Source of the DNA: Gemmatimonadaceae bacterium
GTDB taxonomy: Bacteria > Gemmatimonadota > Gemmatimonadetes > Gemmatimonadales > Gemmatimonadaceae
DNA length: 64,000 nucleotides
NCBI GenBank assembly: GCA_036376535.1
Contig: DASVAC010000169.1
Location: forward strand, 14,572-78,571
Reading direction: 5' to 3'
The notes under the pieces are model-generated. The model was not told the origin of the DNA and ran no database searches. It saw only the letters and a program-made list of their open reading frames with translations. The translations under genes were made by a program, and so were the position numbers. How positions within the stretch are numbered: the stretch's first letter is position 1; each line of letters opens with the position of its first letter. This document shows, piece by piece, positions 28,726 through 37,435 of the stretch.

Positions 28726-30531
28726 ATGAATCGCTTTACCCGCTTCTCTTCTTGGGCGGTCCTCGCAGGCGCCTTGGCCGTTGGTGCATCCGCCGCCAGC
28801 GCTCAACAGGAATTGATCGAGGCGTCCAAGAATCCAGGCCAGTGGGTCATGCCGGGGAGAACGTACGATCTGCAGCGGCATAGTCCGCTCAAGCAGATCA
28901 CCACGGCGAACGTCAAAGATCTACAAGTCGCCTGGACGTTTTCGACCGGCGTGCTTCGCGGGCACGAAGGTAATCCGCTTGTCATTGGGCACGTGATGTA
29001 CGTGCACTCGGCGTTCCCGAACAAAGTGTTCGCGCTGGATCTGACGAAGCCTGGTGCGCCTCAGATCTGGCAGTTCACTCCGGAACAGCCGGCCGACGTG
29101 ATTCCGATCGCGTGTTGCGACGTCGTGAATCGAGGTCTTGCGTACAGCCCGAAGTACGATCGCCTGTTCATCGAGTTGCTCTCGGGCGACCTCCTCGCTC
29201 TCGATGCGAAGACCGGCAAGCAGGTCTATCGCGTGAAGAGCGCGGACTACAAGAAGGGCGAGACGATGACTAACGCGCCGCTCGTCGTCGGCGATGCGGT
29301 CATCACCGGTATCTCGGGTGGTGAGTTCGGCGTTCGCGGCCGAGTGACGGCGTTCAGCGCAGCGGACGGCAAGGAGCTGTGGCGGGGCTACAGCACGGGG
29401 CCGGACAAGGATGTGATGATCACGGCGAACACGCTGAAGTCGCCGTATCCGACCGATCAGGGGACCGATCTCGGCGTGTCGACGTGGCAGGGCGACGAGT
29501 GGCAGCGCGGTGGCGGTACGACGTGGGGATGGTACTCGTACGACCCCGAACTGAACCTCTTCTACTACGGCAGCGGGAATCCGGGCGTGTGGAATCCGGA
29601 TCAGCGTCCTGGCGACAACAAGTGGTCGATGTCCATTTGGGCGCGCAATCCGCAGACGGGTGAGGTGAAGTGGGTCTACCAGATGACGCCGCACGATGCG
29701 TGGGACTATGACGGCGTGAACGAGATGGTGCTGTTCGACAAGGATGGCAAGAAGCTGTTGGCGCACTTCGACCGCAACGGCTTCGGCTACACGCTCGATC
29801 GCACCACCGGCAAGGTCCTGGTGGCCGAGCCCTACGGCCCAGTGAACTGGGCGAAGAGTATCGACCTGACGACGGGTCGTCCTGTCGAGGATCCTACGAA
29901 GCGGACGAATGCGAAGGGCAACACGACCGGCATTTGCCCGGCCGCGATCGGGTTCAAGGATCAGCAGCCGTCATCGTATGATCCGGAAACCGGCCTGTTC
30001 TTCGTTCCGACCAACAACATCTGCATGGACTACGAGGGCGTCGAGGTGAAGTACTCGGCCGGACAGCCTTACGTGGGAGCAATCGTGCGGATGTTCCCGG
30101 GCCCGGGCGGCAACCGTGGCGCCGTGATCGCGTGGGATCCGATGAAGGGCAAGATCGTGTGGAAGGACAAGGAGAACTTGGCGGCCTACGGTGGCACGAT
30201 GAACACCGCCGGCGGCGTGGTCTTCTACGGGACGATGGAAGGCTGGCTCAAGGCTGTTGATGCCAAGACCGGCAAGCTCCTGTGGGAGTTCAAGACGCCT
30301 TCGGGCATCATCGGCAGCCCGATGACGTATATCGGTCCTGACAACAAGCAGTATGTCGCCGTGCTTTCGGGCATCGGCGGCTGGGCCGGCATCGGCGTGG
30401 CCGCGGGCATTGGTGCGGAAGATCCGACGGCTGGGTTAGGCGCGTTAGGCGCGTTCGGCGACGCCGGACACTACTCGAACCAGGGTGGTGTGTTGACGGT
30501 GTTCTCGCTGCCGGGCGCTGCGAAGCCGTAA
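28726..30531 (+). CDS. xoxF: Lanthanide-dependent methanol dehydrogenase XoxF
   Basis: Signal peptide MNRFTRFSSWAVLAGALAVGASAASAQ, ACCDVVNRG, GDNKWSMSIWARNPQTGEVKWVYQMTPHDAWDYDG (D-Y-D). SD-like AAGGGG before the ATG at 28726. Confidence 0.92.
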   Translation: MNRFTRFSSWAVLAGALAVGASAASAQQELIEASKNPGQWVMPGRTYDLQRHSPLKQITTANVKDLQVAWTFSTGVLRGHEGNPLVIGHVMYVHSAFPNKVFALDLTKPGAPQIWQFTPEQPADVIPIACCDVVNRGLAYSPKYDRLFIELLSGDLLALDAKTGKQVYRVKSADYKKGETMTNAPLVVGDAVITGISGGEFGVRGRVTAFSAADGKELWRGYSTGPDKDVMITANTLKSPYPTDQGTDLGVSTWQGDEWQRGGGTTWGWYSYDPELNLFYYGSGNPGVWNPDQRPGDNKWSMSIWARNPQTGEVKWVYQMTPHDAWDYDGVNEMVLFDKDGKKLLAHFDRNGFGYTLDRTTGKVLVAEPYGPVNWAKSIDLTTGRPVEDPTKRTNAKGNTTGICPAAIGFKDQQPSSYDPETGLFFVPTNNICMDYEGVEVKYSAGQPYVGAIVRMFPGPGGNRGAVIAWDPMKGKIVWKDKENLAAYGGTMNTAGGVVFYGTMEGWLKAVDAKTGKLLWEFKTPSGIIGSPMTYIGPDNKQYVAVLSGIGGWAGIGVAAGIGAEDPTAGLGALGAFGDAGHYSNQGGVLTVFSLPGAAKP

Positions 30532-30553
30532 GCGACCGCGACGTGCAGGCAGT

Positions 30554-30600
30554 GATCGAACCCGGTGTCGGAGCTGCTGTGCTCCGGCACCGGGTTGATC
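30554..30600 (+). other. Strong intercistronic stem-loop between xoxF and xoxJ
   Basis: GATCGAACCCGGTGTCGGAGC-TGCTGT-GCTCCGGCACCGGGTTGATC gives about 20 bp of stem with one bulge and one G-U pair. There is no T-tract after it. Confidence 0.6.
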
Positions 30601-30641
30601 GCGTTAGGCAGCGGTCGTCACACTCTCGCAAGAAGGACACC

Positions 30642-31535
30642 ATGCAGCACTCGCATCGCACGTGGGCTCGTCGCGTCTGTCTCGCGCTGCTCGGCGTGGC
30701 CGCCGGTATCGGGTCGAGCGCGGCGGCACAGGGGGAGAAGGTCAAACCCCAGACCGCGGAGCAACCCACCGATTTTCCGGTCACGCAGGCCTGGAAGGAC
30801 TTCAAGATGCTCCGGGTGTGCGGCGATCCGGAGAACATGCCGTTCTCGGACCAGAAGGCGCAGGGATTCGAGAACAAGATCGCCGATGTGATCGCCGGTG
30901 CGTTAGGCGATTCCGTCGTGTACACGTGGTGGCCGCACCGGCGCGGCTTCGTGCGCAACACGCTGAGCGCGGGCGAGTGCGACGTGGTGATGGGCGTGCC
31001 GGCCGGGTACGACCCGGTGGCGACCACGGATCCGTACTACCGGTCGACCTACTACATCGTGACGCGCACGGACCGGCATCTGGACATCCAGTCGCTGGAC
31101 GATCCGCGACTCAAGACGCTGAAGGTGGGCGTTGGGCTGATCGGCGACGATTATACGAACACGCCTCCGGCGCAGGCGCTCGCGAGCCACGGCGTGACGA
31201 AGAACGTCCGCGGATTCAGCCTGTTCTACGACGAGGATACGCATCCGCAGGACATCGTGAACGCGGTCGCGAAGGGGACGATCGACGTGGCGTTGGTGTG
31301 GGGACCGGTCGCCGGGTACTTCGCCAAGGAATCGTCGGTGCCGCTGAGCCTCGTGGCGTTGCCGGACTCGGACAGCGCGAGCGGTGTGCTGTTTGCGTAC
31401 AACGTGGCCATTGGCGTTCGCCATTCGGATCGTGAGCTCAAGGCGACGCTCGATTCGCTCCTGACACAGAAGCGGGACACGATTCAGGGGATTCTGCGCG
31501 CCTACAACGTGCCGACCGTGGAGGTCAAACACTGA
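30642..31535 (+). CDS. xoxJ: XoxJ/MxaJ-like periplasmic substrate-binding protein
   Basis: Signal peptide, then LRVCGDPENMPFS...WWPHRRGFVRNTL..GECDVVMGVP, typical of quinoprotein-dehydrogenase-associated SBPs. Positioned directly after xoxF. Confidence 0.85.
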   Translation: MQHSHRTWARRVCLALLGVAAGIGSSAAAQGEKVKPQTAEQPTDFPVTQAWKDFKMLRVCGDPENMPFSDQKAQGFENKIADVIAGALGDSVVYTWWPHRRGFVRNTLSAGECDVVMGVPAGYDPVATTDPYYRSTYYIVTRTDRHLDIQSLDDPRLKTLKVGVGLIGDDYTNTPPAQALASHGVTKNVRGFSLFYDEDTHPQDIVNAVAKGTIDVALVWGPVAGYFAKESSVPLSLVALPDSDSASGVLFAYNVAIGVRHSDRELKATLDSLLTQKRDTIQGILRAYNVPTVEVKH

Positions 31536-31609
31536 GGGGCCGCGGGTCAATCATTCACCTCAAGTCGGTTGAAACCACTCGAACCCGACGCCGACGCACA
31601 ACAGAATCA

Positions 31610-32206
31610 ATGAACTTGCCGAACGAATACACTCCGAGGAAACACCGGGACGGCGTGACCCATCGGGCCGCCGGCCTGTGTCTGTTTGTCGTCTGCCTGG
31701 TTGCGGTGACCGCGTTCGCGTGCTCGAAGGACGACGCGGGCGGATCGGCACGCGCCTCGACGGCGGCTCCCGCCGGCTCGACGGCGACCGCGGCGAAGAC
31801 GGGCGACACGGTGACGGTCGCCTCGGGGACCTACTGCGACAAGGCTAACGACTCGGCGACGGTCTGGAACGAGGCGAACCATCATCGGAGCGACCCGCTT
31901 GCGGTGTCTCAGCAGGAATACGATGGGTGGAAGATGTTTCACGTGTACTGCTACCGGTGCCACGGCACGGATGCGATGGGCAGCGACATCGCGCCCAATC
32001 TCCGCAATTCGTTAGGCCCGGAGGGCGGCGTGGACAAGGCGTGCTTCATCACGACCGTCTGGAACGGCCGCCCGACCAAGGGCATGCCGACGTGGAGCAC
32101 GCTGCTCGATTCGACACAGATCCACAACCTCTATGCGTACGTGACGGCACGGAGCATGGGTGGGTTGGCGCCAGGCCGTCCGCACGTGGGGACGGTGTCG
32201 AAGTAG
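31610..32206 (+). CDS. xoxG: c-type cytochrome (XoxG-like electron acceptor)
   Basis: Lipoprotein-like signal (AFAC) and a single heme motif CYRCHG. Sits in the xoxF-J-G gene order. Confidence 0.8.
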   Translation: MNLPNEYTPRKHRDGVTHRAAGLCLFVVCLVAVTAFACSKDDAGGSARASTAAPAGSTATAAKTGDTVTVASGTYCDKANDSATVWNEANHHRSDPLAVSQQEYDGWKMFHVYCYRCHGTDAMGSDIAPNLRNSLGPEGGVDKACFITTVWNGRPTKGMPTWSTLLDSTQIHNLYAYVTARSMGGLAPGRPHVGTVSK

Positions 32207-32232
32207 AGGACGGAACGTCGGGACGTGGGGAG

Positions 32233-32266
32233 GAGGGTGCGGTGGAGCACCCTCTTCGTGTTTTTC
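32233..32266 (+). terminator. Rho-independent terminator after xoxG
   Basis: Stem GAGGGTGC / GCACCCTC with a 6-nt loop, then TTCGTGTTTTT. Confidence 0.65.
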
Positions 32267-32290
32267 GGGTGTTCGGTGCGAGGTGGGCGC

Positions 32291-33076
32291 ATGCGGAGAC
32301 TCGCGGTGGTCCTGGCCGGCGCGGCGGTCGTTCTCGTCGCCGCCGGTGTAGCGTTAGGCAGTCGCTCGCGCGGGCGCGGCGCCGGGCCGCACCTCGCGGC
32401 GGCCGACACCGGTCAGCGCCTGACGCGCGAGCAGGTGCTCGATGCGCTCTCGCGCGCGACGGACAAGGCGCCGGCCGATTTCGCGGGCGACGACCTTTCG
32501 GGCCTGGATCTGTCCGGCGTGGATTTCAAGCAGGCGAATCTGAGCCACGCGCGGTTGGTGGGAACGCGGTTCGTCCACGCAAAAATGTTCGGGGTCACGC
32601 TGAGCGGTGCGGTCGCGCGGAGCGCGGACTTCTCCAACGCCGTGCTCGACGTGTCGGTGATGCGCGGTACCGACCTGACGCACGCGACGATGCGTGAGGC
32701 GAGCCTCTACGCGGCGATCATGATCGGCGCGAATCTCACCGACGCGGATGTCTCGAAAGCGCGGGTCATCGCCGCGCTGAACAACGCGACGCTGGTGCGC
32801 ACGAAGTTCGAGGGAACGAACTTCGGCGCGGACCGCGGCAATCAGCCAATGGGGCTGATGTTCACCAATCTCACCGACGCGGACCTATCCGGTGCCGACT
32901 TATCGGGGTCGAACTTGCGGAAGGCATCACTCGTGCGGGCGAATCTGACGGACGCGAATCTCGCCGGGGCCGATGTCTCCGACGCGAATTTCGATCAAGC
33001 GATCGTGGCCCGTGCGCGCGGCAAGGCCACGATCGTGGGTCTCGCAACCGCGCGCAACTTGCCTAACGATTGGTGA
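32291..33076 (+). CDS. Exported pentapeptide-repeat protein
   Basis: Signal peptide MRRLAVVLAGAAVVLVAAG, then many A(D/N)LxG-type pentapeptide units (DLSGVDFKQANLSHARL...). The ATG at 32291 avoids overlap with the upstream terminator. Confidence 0.8.
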   Translation: MRRLAVVLAGAAVVLVAAGVALGSRSRGRGAGPHLAAADTGQRLTREQVLDALSRATDKAPADFAGDDLSGLDLSGVDFKQANLSHARLVGTRFVHAKMFGVTLSGAVARSADFSNAVLDVSVMRGTDLTHATMREASLYAAIMIGANLTDADVSKARVIAALNNATLVRTKFEGTNFGADRGNQPMGLMFTNLTDADLSGADLSGSNLRKASLVRANLTDANLAGADVSDANFDQAIVARARGKATIVGLATARNLPNDW

Positions 33077-33604
33077 TCACCCGAGCTTGGCCCAGACGCT
33101 GTCCGGCCAGCGCGAGCGGATCACGCGGTCGAGGCCGAAGCACCGGCCGGCGTGCGTGTACAGGAATGCGATCATCATGGAGAGCAGCATGACGTGGAAG
33201 CCCTGCTGGCCCGAGCTCATATGCTGCACGGCGAGTCCATAAAAGATCACCTGGAAGATGCCGAAGAAGGCGCCGAGCGACGTGAACAGTCCCAGCGTGA
33301 GCGAGAGACCGACCGCGGCTTCAGCGAGCCCCGTGACATGGGCGAAGATGTGCGGATTGGCGGCGACGGTGTGCAGGAGGAAGTCGCGATACCAACCGAT
33401 CGGGTTGTCGGCCCCATATTTGGCCAGGAGCTTGGGCATCACCGCGATCCACCGGTCATTGGCGGCGGGTACGGGCAAGAAGCCCCAGGCGAGTGCGATG
33501 GTCACCTTGGTGAACAGGCTCTTGACGAACCAGATCCCGACGACAATGCGTAAGCCTGCGAGCGCGGCCTGCGGCTTTCGCATGGCGAGAGGTTGTGACG
33601 TCAT
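33077..33604 (-). CDS. DoxX-family membrane protein
   Basis: 175 aa with four hydrophobic helices and a LRIVVGIWF-type N-terminus. Confidence 0.6.
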   Translation of the reverse strand: MTSQPLAMRKPQAALAGLRIVVGIWFVKSLFTKVTIALAWGFLPVPAANDRWIAVMPKLLAKYGADNPIGWYRDFLLHTVAANPHIFAHVTGLAEAAVGLSLTLGLFTSLGAFFGIFQVIFYGLAVQHMSSGQQGFHVMLLSMMIAFLYTHAGRCFGLDRVIRSRWPDSVWAKLG

Positions 33605-33687
33605 CGCGAGTTCTCGATAAGGGGAAACCGGCGGCAGTTCACCATGCGCCTCGAGCAGCGTTCGCCGAGGGAGGCGGCGGGTGTCAC

Positions 33688-34257
33688 ATGCGAACGAACA
33701 CTCGGGTCACCAAATATCGTGCGTGCGTCGTCGCGATAACCGCGACTCTCATTGGCGCGACGGGGTTGCATGCGAGTGCACAGGGAGCCGGATCGGCGAG
33801 CAGCGCGCCGAGCAGCGAGAGTGCATTCCGTTTTTCCGCGCAGGTGCGCGGCCCGCTGCACGAGCTGTGGGCGAAGAGTCTGTCGGTGAAGCAAGAGCGC
33901 GTTGCGTGCTTGGGCGGTCACGTCGACCATGACATAGTGTACATCACGCGCATCGAGGTGTTGGCGCCGTCGCGCGCGGACTCCGCGAACATCTCGGCGA
34001 TCGCGTCGCTCCGCGAATGCTCGGCGCCAAACTGGCTGGGCACGGTGCACACGCACATCGCGCAATTCAACGGACGGCCGTACATCATTTTCTCGGCGCC
34101 GGACCGATACGTGATGAACCTGTGGCGCGAGCGGTGGAAGGCGCCGGGCGTCTTCTGCATCCTGTATTCGGATCAGGATGCGACGTGCGAGCTGGACAAC
34201 ACCGTGAGCGGTCACGTGCGGTACGAGGACGCGAAGCGCAACGACGTCGGCTCCTAA
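33688..34257 (+). CDS. Signal-peptide-bearing JAB/MPN-like (JAMM metalloprotease-like) protein
   Basis: Signal peptide ...ATGLHASAQG. QERVACLGGHV resembles the E-x-CG-x-L-x-G block, and GTVHTHIAQFNGRPYIIFSAPD resembles H-x-H...S-x-x-D with a longer spacer. Confidence 0.35.
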   Translation: MRTNTRVTKYRACVVAITATLIGATGLHASAQGAGSASSAPSSESAFRFSAQVRGPLHELWAKSLSVKQERVACLGGHVDHDIVYITRIEVLAPSRADSANISAIASLRECSAPNWLGTVHTHIAQFNGRPYIIFSAPDRYVMNLWRERWKAPGVFCILYSDQDATCELDNTVSGHVRYEDAKRNDVGS

Positions 34258-35270
34258 CGCGAGTCGGCGCCGGCGTCGGACGGCGCGTCACGCCATACGC
34301 GCGCGCCGGCGTTCGCGAACGGCCCGGTGTACACGGGACCTGCGTTAGGCGCGTCGCTCACGTGCGCCGCGAGCTCCTGCGCCGCGGCATCGCCGTCGAC
34401 GATGCCGTAGACCGCCGGGCCCCAGGAACTTTGCCCAACGCCGGCGGCGCCCCACTCGGTCATCCGCTCGATGAGTGCCGCGCTCGCGCCCGGCGAGAAT
34501 GCCCCGCCCTGCGCCGGCGCGAACCATCGGCCGTTGATGCACTGGATCTCGGTGAGTGCGTGGCCGAACGTGCGGAGGTCGCCCTCGGCGAGCGCGGGCA
34601 AGAGCGCCATGAGCACCAAGTGCGAGACGCGCATCACGCTGCGCTCCGGCGGCGGCGGTAAATGCTCGAAGGCCGCAGCCTCGGCGGCGCCGCTCATGCC
34701 GGATTTGCCCGGCGGCACCGCAACGACGCACCGCCAGGCGGCCGGCATGTCGAAGCGCGCGAGTTGCGGCGCCGGATCCTTGCTGCCAAGGCGCCGGCCG
34801 CCCTCGAGCACGAATCCGCCCTGCGCGAAGAGCCACGTGCCGATCGCCGACCGTTGGGCACGGCCGGTCACACGCGCGAGGTGGTCGACATCGGTGGGCA
34901 GGTCATACAGCTCGGCCAACGCGCGCGCGACGGCGAGCGCGAGCTGTGTGCCCGAACCCAGGCCCGAGTGTGCGGGGATCGCGCCATGGATGCGAATGTG
35001 GGCGCCGCTTTCGATGCCGTGGTGCGCGAGGACGCGCCGGCCGAACTGCACGGCGCGATTGGCGGCGGGCGACGGCCCTTCGGCGGTGAGTGATGCGGCG
35101 CGCGCCGCCTCGATGAGGAGCGATGGGTTCGGCACCGCCGCGCCGATGCCGCCGAAGCGCCGGCCTAACGCACCGCGGAGGTCGAGCATCCCGAAATGGA
35201 GGCGCGCGGGCGCCTCGACGAACACCGCCAAGCGCGACGACGAATCAGTGCGCACGGGACGCGGGCGCAC
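34254..35270 (-). CDS. mptG: Beta-ribofuranosylaminobenzene 5'-phosphate (beta-RFAP) synthase
   Basis: GHMP-kinase-like. ARLHFGMLDL and IPAHSGLGSGTQLALAVARAL. Start uncertain: GTG at 35270 or at 35255. Confidence 0.8.
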   Translation of the reverse strand: MRPRPVRTDSSSRLAVFVEAPARLHFGMLDLRGALGRRFGGIGAAVPNPSLLIEAARAASLTAEGPSPAANRAVQFGRRVLAHHGIESGAHIRIHGAIPAHSGLGSGTQLALAVARALAELYDLPTDVDHLARVTGRAQRSAIGTWLFAQGGFVLEGGRRLGSKDPAPQLARFDMPAAWRCVVAVPPGKSGMSGAAEAAAFEHLPPPPERSVMRVSHLVLMALLPALAEGDLRTFGHALTEIQCINGRWFAPAQGGAFSPGASAALIERMTEWGAAGVGQSSWGPAVYGIVDGDAAAQELAAHVSDAPNAGPVYTGPFANAGARVWRDAPSDAGADSR

Positions 35271-35826
35271 TCAACTTCTCGCGCACATAATCGGTGAGGA
35301 GCGCCATGGCTTCGTGTTCGCGCGGGCCGGCGGTCTTGTCGACGATCACCTGCAGGCGCTTGAAGTCGCCGAGGACCTCGTCGGCAGGGAGCAGGTGGGT
35401 GCGTGTGGAGAGAATGGCGGCTTCGAGCACGGCGTTGCGCGCGCGGTTGAAGCCGAGGAACTCGCGTTGGCTACCGTGGTGCACGATGCGGGTTTCGATG
35501 CGCGAGCGCGGCGGCGTCGCGTCGATGGACACGACTTCGATTTCACGCCAGGAGCACGCCGCGTCGAGCACGACGCCTTTCACATGCCCGGCTGGATGGG
35601 TGGGGAACGTCGCGGCGCCGATCGCGGTACGCGCGAAAATGAGCACGTCGTCGGTGAGATTGACGACGGCGGCGCGGGTCGCGCTGACGTTGCGAAACGT
35701 GGTCGTCTCGAGAAACGGCTTGATGACCAACGTGTCGTCGCCCCAGTCGACGCCCATGGGAGCGATGTTGACGCGTCCCTGTGCGTCGAGGCTGGTGAGG
35801 ATGGACTCGATGATCACGCCCGGCAC
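35245..35826 (-). CDS. DUF447-family (split-barrel flavin-binding-like) protein of H4MPT clusters
   Basis: 193 aa. IIESILTSLDAQGRVNIAPMGV...FLETTTFRNV. Confidence 0.6.
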   Translation of the reverse strand: MPGVIIESILTSLDAQGRVNIAPMGVDWGDDTLVIKPFLETTTFRNVSATRAAVVNLTDDVLIFARTAIGAATFPTHPAGHVKGVVLDAACSWREIEVVSIDATPPRSRIETRIVHHGSQREFLGFNRARNAVLEAAILSTRTHLLPADEVLGDFKRLQVIVDKTAGPREHEAMALLTDYVREKLSAPASRAH

Positions 35827-36749
35827 TCGCGGTCGACGAGGGCGGCGAACGCGTCGGCGACGCGTGCGGTGACGGGCCCGGGCGCTCCGTTAGGCATTTC
35901 GCGGTCGTCGGCGCGCGCGATGGGCGAGAGCTCGCGGACGGAGCTGGTGAGGAAGGCTTCGTCGGCCGCGGCGAGGTCGTGTGGAAGCAGCACTTCCTCG
36001 CGCGCGTCGAGACCGATCGCCGATGCGAGCTCGAGGATGGCGGCCCGCGTGATGCCCGGCAGCACGCCGCACGCGAGCGGCGGTGTGCGGAGCGTCGATC
36101 CCCTCACGAGAACCAGGTTGCTCGCTGTGGCTTCGGAGAGGTGGCCGGCGGTGTCGAGCAGCAGCGCATCGTCGGCGCCGGCGGCCCGGGCCTGCGCGAG
36201 GGCGACCACGGCGTCCGTGTAGGCGAGCGTTTTCACCCCTGCGGTAGGCGCGAATTCGTTGCGGCGGCCGGCGGACGTGCGCACGCGCACGCCTAGCGCG
36301 GCCAACGGCTCGCGCGGCGGCAGCGCGTGGACGGTGAGCACCGTGACCGGCTCGGCCGCGGCGTCAGGCGCGAGGCCGCGCGGGCCGGCGCCGCGGCTCA
36401 ACGTTAGGCGCAGGGCCGCGTCGGGCCAGTCGAGCGCGCGCAGCGTATCGGCGGCGGCGTCAATGGTTTCGGCGACGTGCTGCGGAACGGGGATGCCGAG
36501 CACCGCCGCACCGGCCGCGAGGCGGGCGAGGTGCCGGTCGGCGCGGAACACCCTGCCGCGGTAGGCGCGCATGGTCTCGAAGACGCCATCGGCGAGCGTG
36601 AAGCCGCGATCGAACGCCGAGATGGCCGGACGCGATGCGTCGGCGCGGCGTCCGTCGAGCCACAGCAGCGGGCCGGCGCCTTCGTTAGGCATCGGCCGCG
36701 CGTGCGGCGCGTCGGCCGCACGCGCCTGTGCGGTATGCGCGGCCGTCAT
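35814..36749 (-). CDS. pabC: Aminodeoxychorismate lyase (class IV aminotransferase fold)
   Basis: DRGFTLADGVFETMRAY...EATASNLVLV...GVLPGITR. ATG at 36749 forms an ATGA overlap with the pabA stop. An alternative ATG lies at 36692. Confidence 0.75.
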   Translation of the reverse strand: MTAAHTAQARAADAPHARPMPNEGAGPLLWLDGRRADASRPAISAFDRGFTLADGVFETMRAYRGRVFRADRHLARLAAGAAVLGIPVPQHVAETIDAAADTLRALDWPDAALRLTLSRGAGPRGLAPDAAAEPVTVLTVHALPPREPLAALGVRVRTSAGRRNEFAPTAGVKTLAYTDAVVALAQARAAGADDALLLDTAGHLSEATASNLVLVRGSTLRTPPLACGVLPGITRAAILELASAIGLDAREEVLLPHDLAAADEAFLTSSVRELSPIARADDREMPNGAPGPVTARVADAFAALVDRECRA

Positions 36750-37408
36750 CGGACGAGCTCCACCGGCGGCGGCACGAACTCGTCGGATTCCGGCGTGGCA
36801 AACGCGAGATCGGCGCGGTCGGGGAGTGCCGCTCCGCGCGTGTCGTCGCCGTGCAGAAAGCGGTCGAGGAGGCGGTAGCCGTGCTCGGTGAGCGCCGACT
36901 CGGGATGGAACTGCACCCCGACCACCGGATGGGCGCGGTGCTCGACGGCCATGATCTCGCCATCGTCGGAGGTCGCGGTGACACGGAGCGAGGGCGGAAG
37001 CGAGGCGGGCGCAATGACCAACGAGTGATACCGCGTCGCGACGAACGGCGATGGGAGGCCGGCAAAGACGCCGCTGCCATCGTGGTGAATGCGCGATGTC
37101 TTGCCGTGCATCGGTTGGCGCGCGCGCACGATCTCGGCGCCGTACGCGGCGCCAATGCATTGGTGTCCCAAGCAAACGCCGAGGATGGGGATCAGCGCGC
37201 CGAAGCGGCGAATCACCGCGGTCGAGACGCCCGATTCGGCGGGCGAGCACGGCCCGGGAGACACGATGATGCGCTCCGGCGCCAGCGCGGCGATCTCATC
37301 CAGCGACACGGCGTCGTTTCGACGAACGAGCGGCTCGCCGCCCAACTCTCGCACGTAGCGCGCGAGGTTGTAGACGAACGAGTCGTAGTTGTCGATGAGG
37401 AGAATCAT
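36746..37408 (-). CDS. pabA: Aminodeoxychorismate/anthranilate synthase component II (glutamine amidotransferase)
   Basis: MILLIDNYDSFVYNLARYV...GVCLGHQ...HPES, a triad GATase. Confidence 0.9.
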   Translation of the reverse strand: MILLIDNYDSFVYNLARYVRELGGEPLVRRNDAVSLDEIAALAPERIIVSPGPCSPAESGVSTAVIRRFGALIPILGVCLGHQCIGAAYGAEIVRARQPMHGKTSRIHHDGSGVFAGLPSPFVATRYHSLVIAPASLPPSLRVTATSDDGEIMAVEHRAHPVVGVQFHPESALTEHGYRLLDRFLHGDDTRGAALPDRADLAFATPESDEFVPPPVELVR

Positions 37409-37435
37409 GGTGACGCCGAGAGCGGCTTCGTGCAG

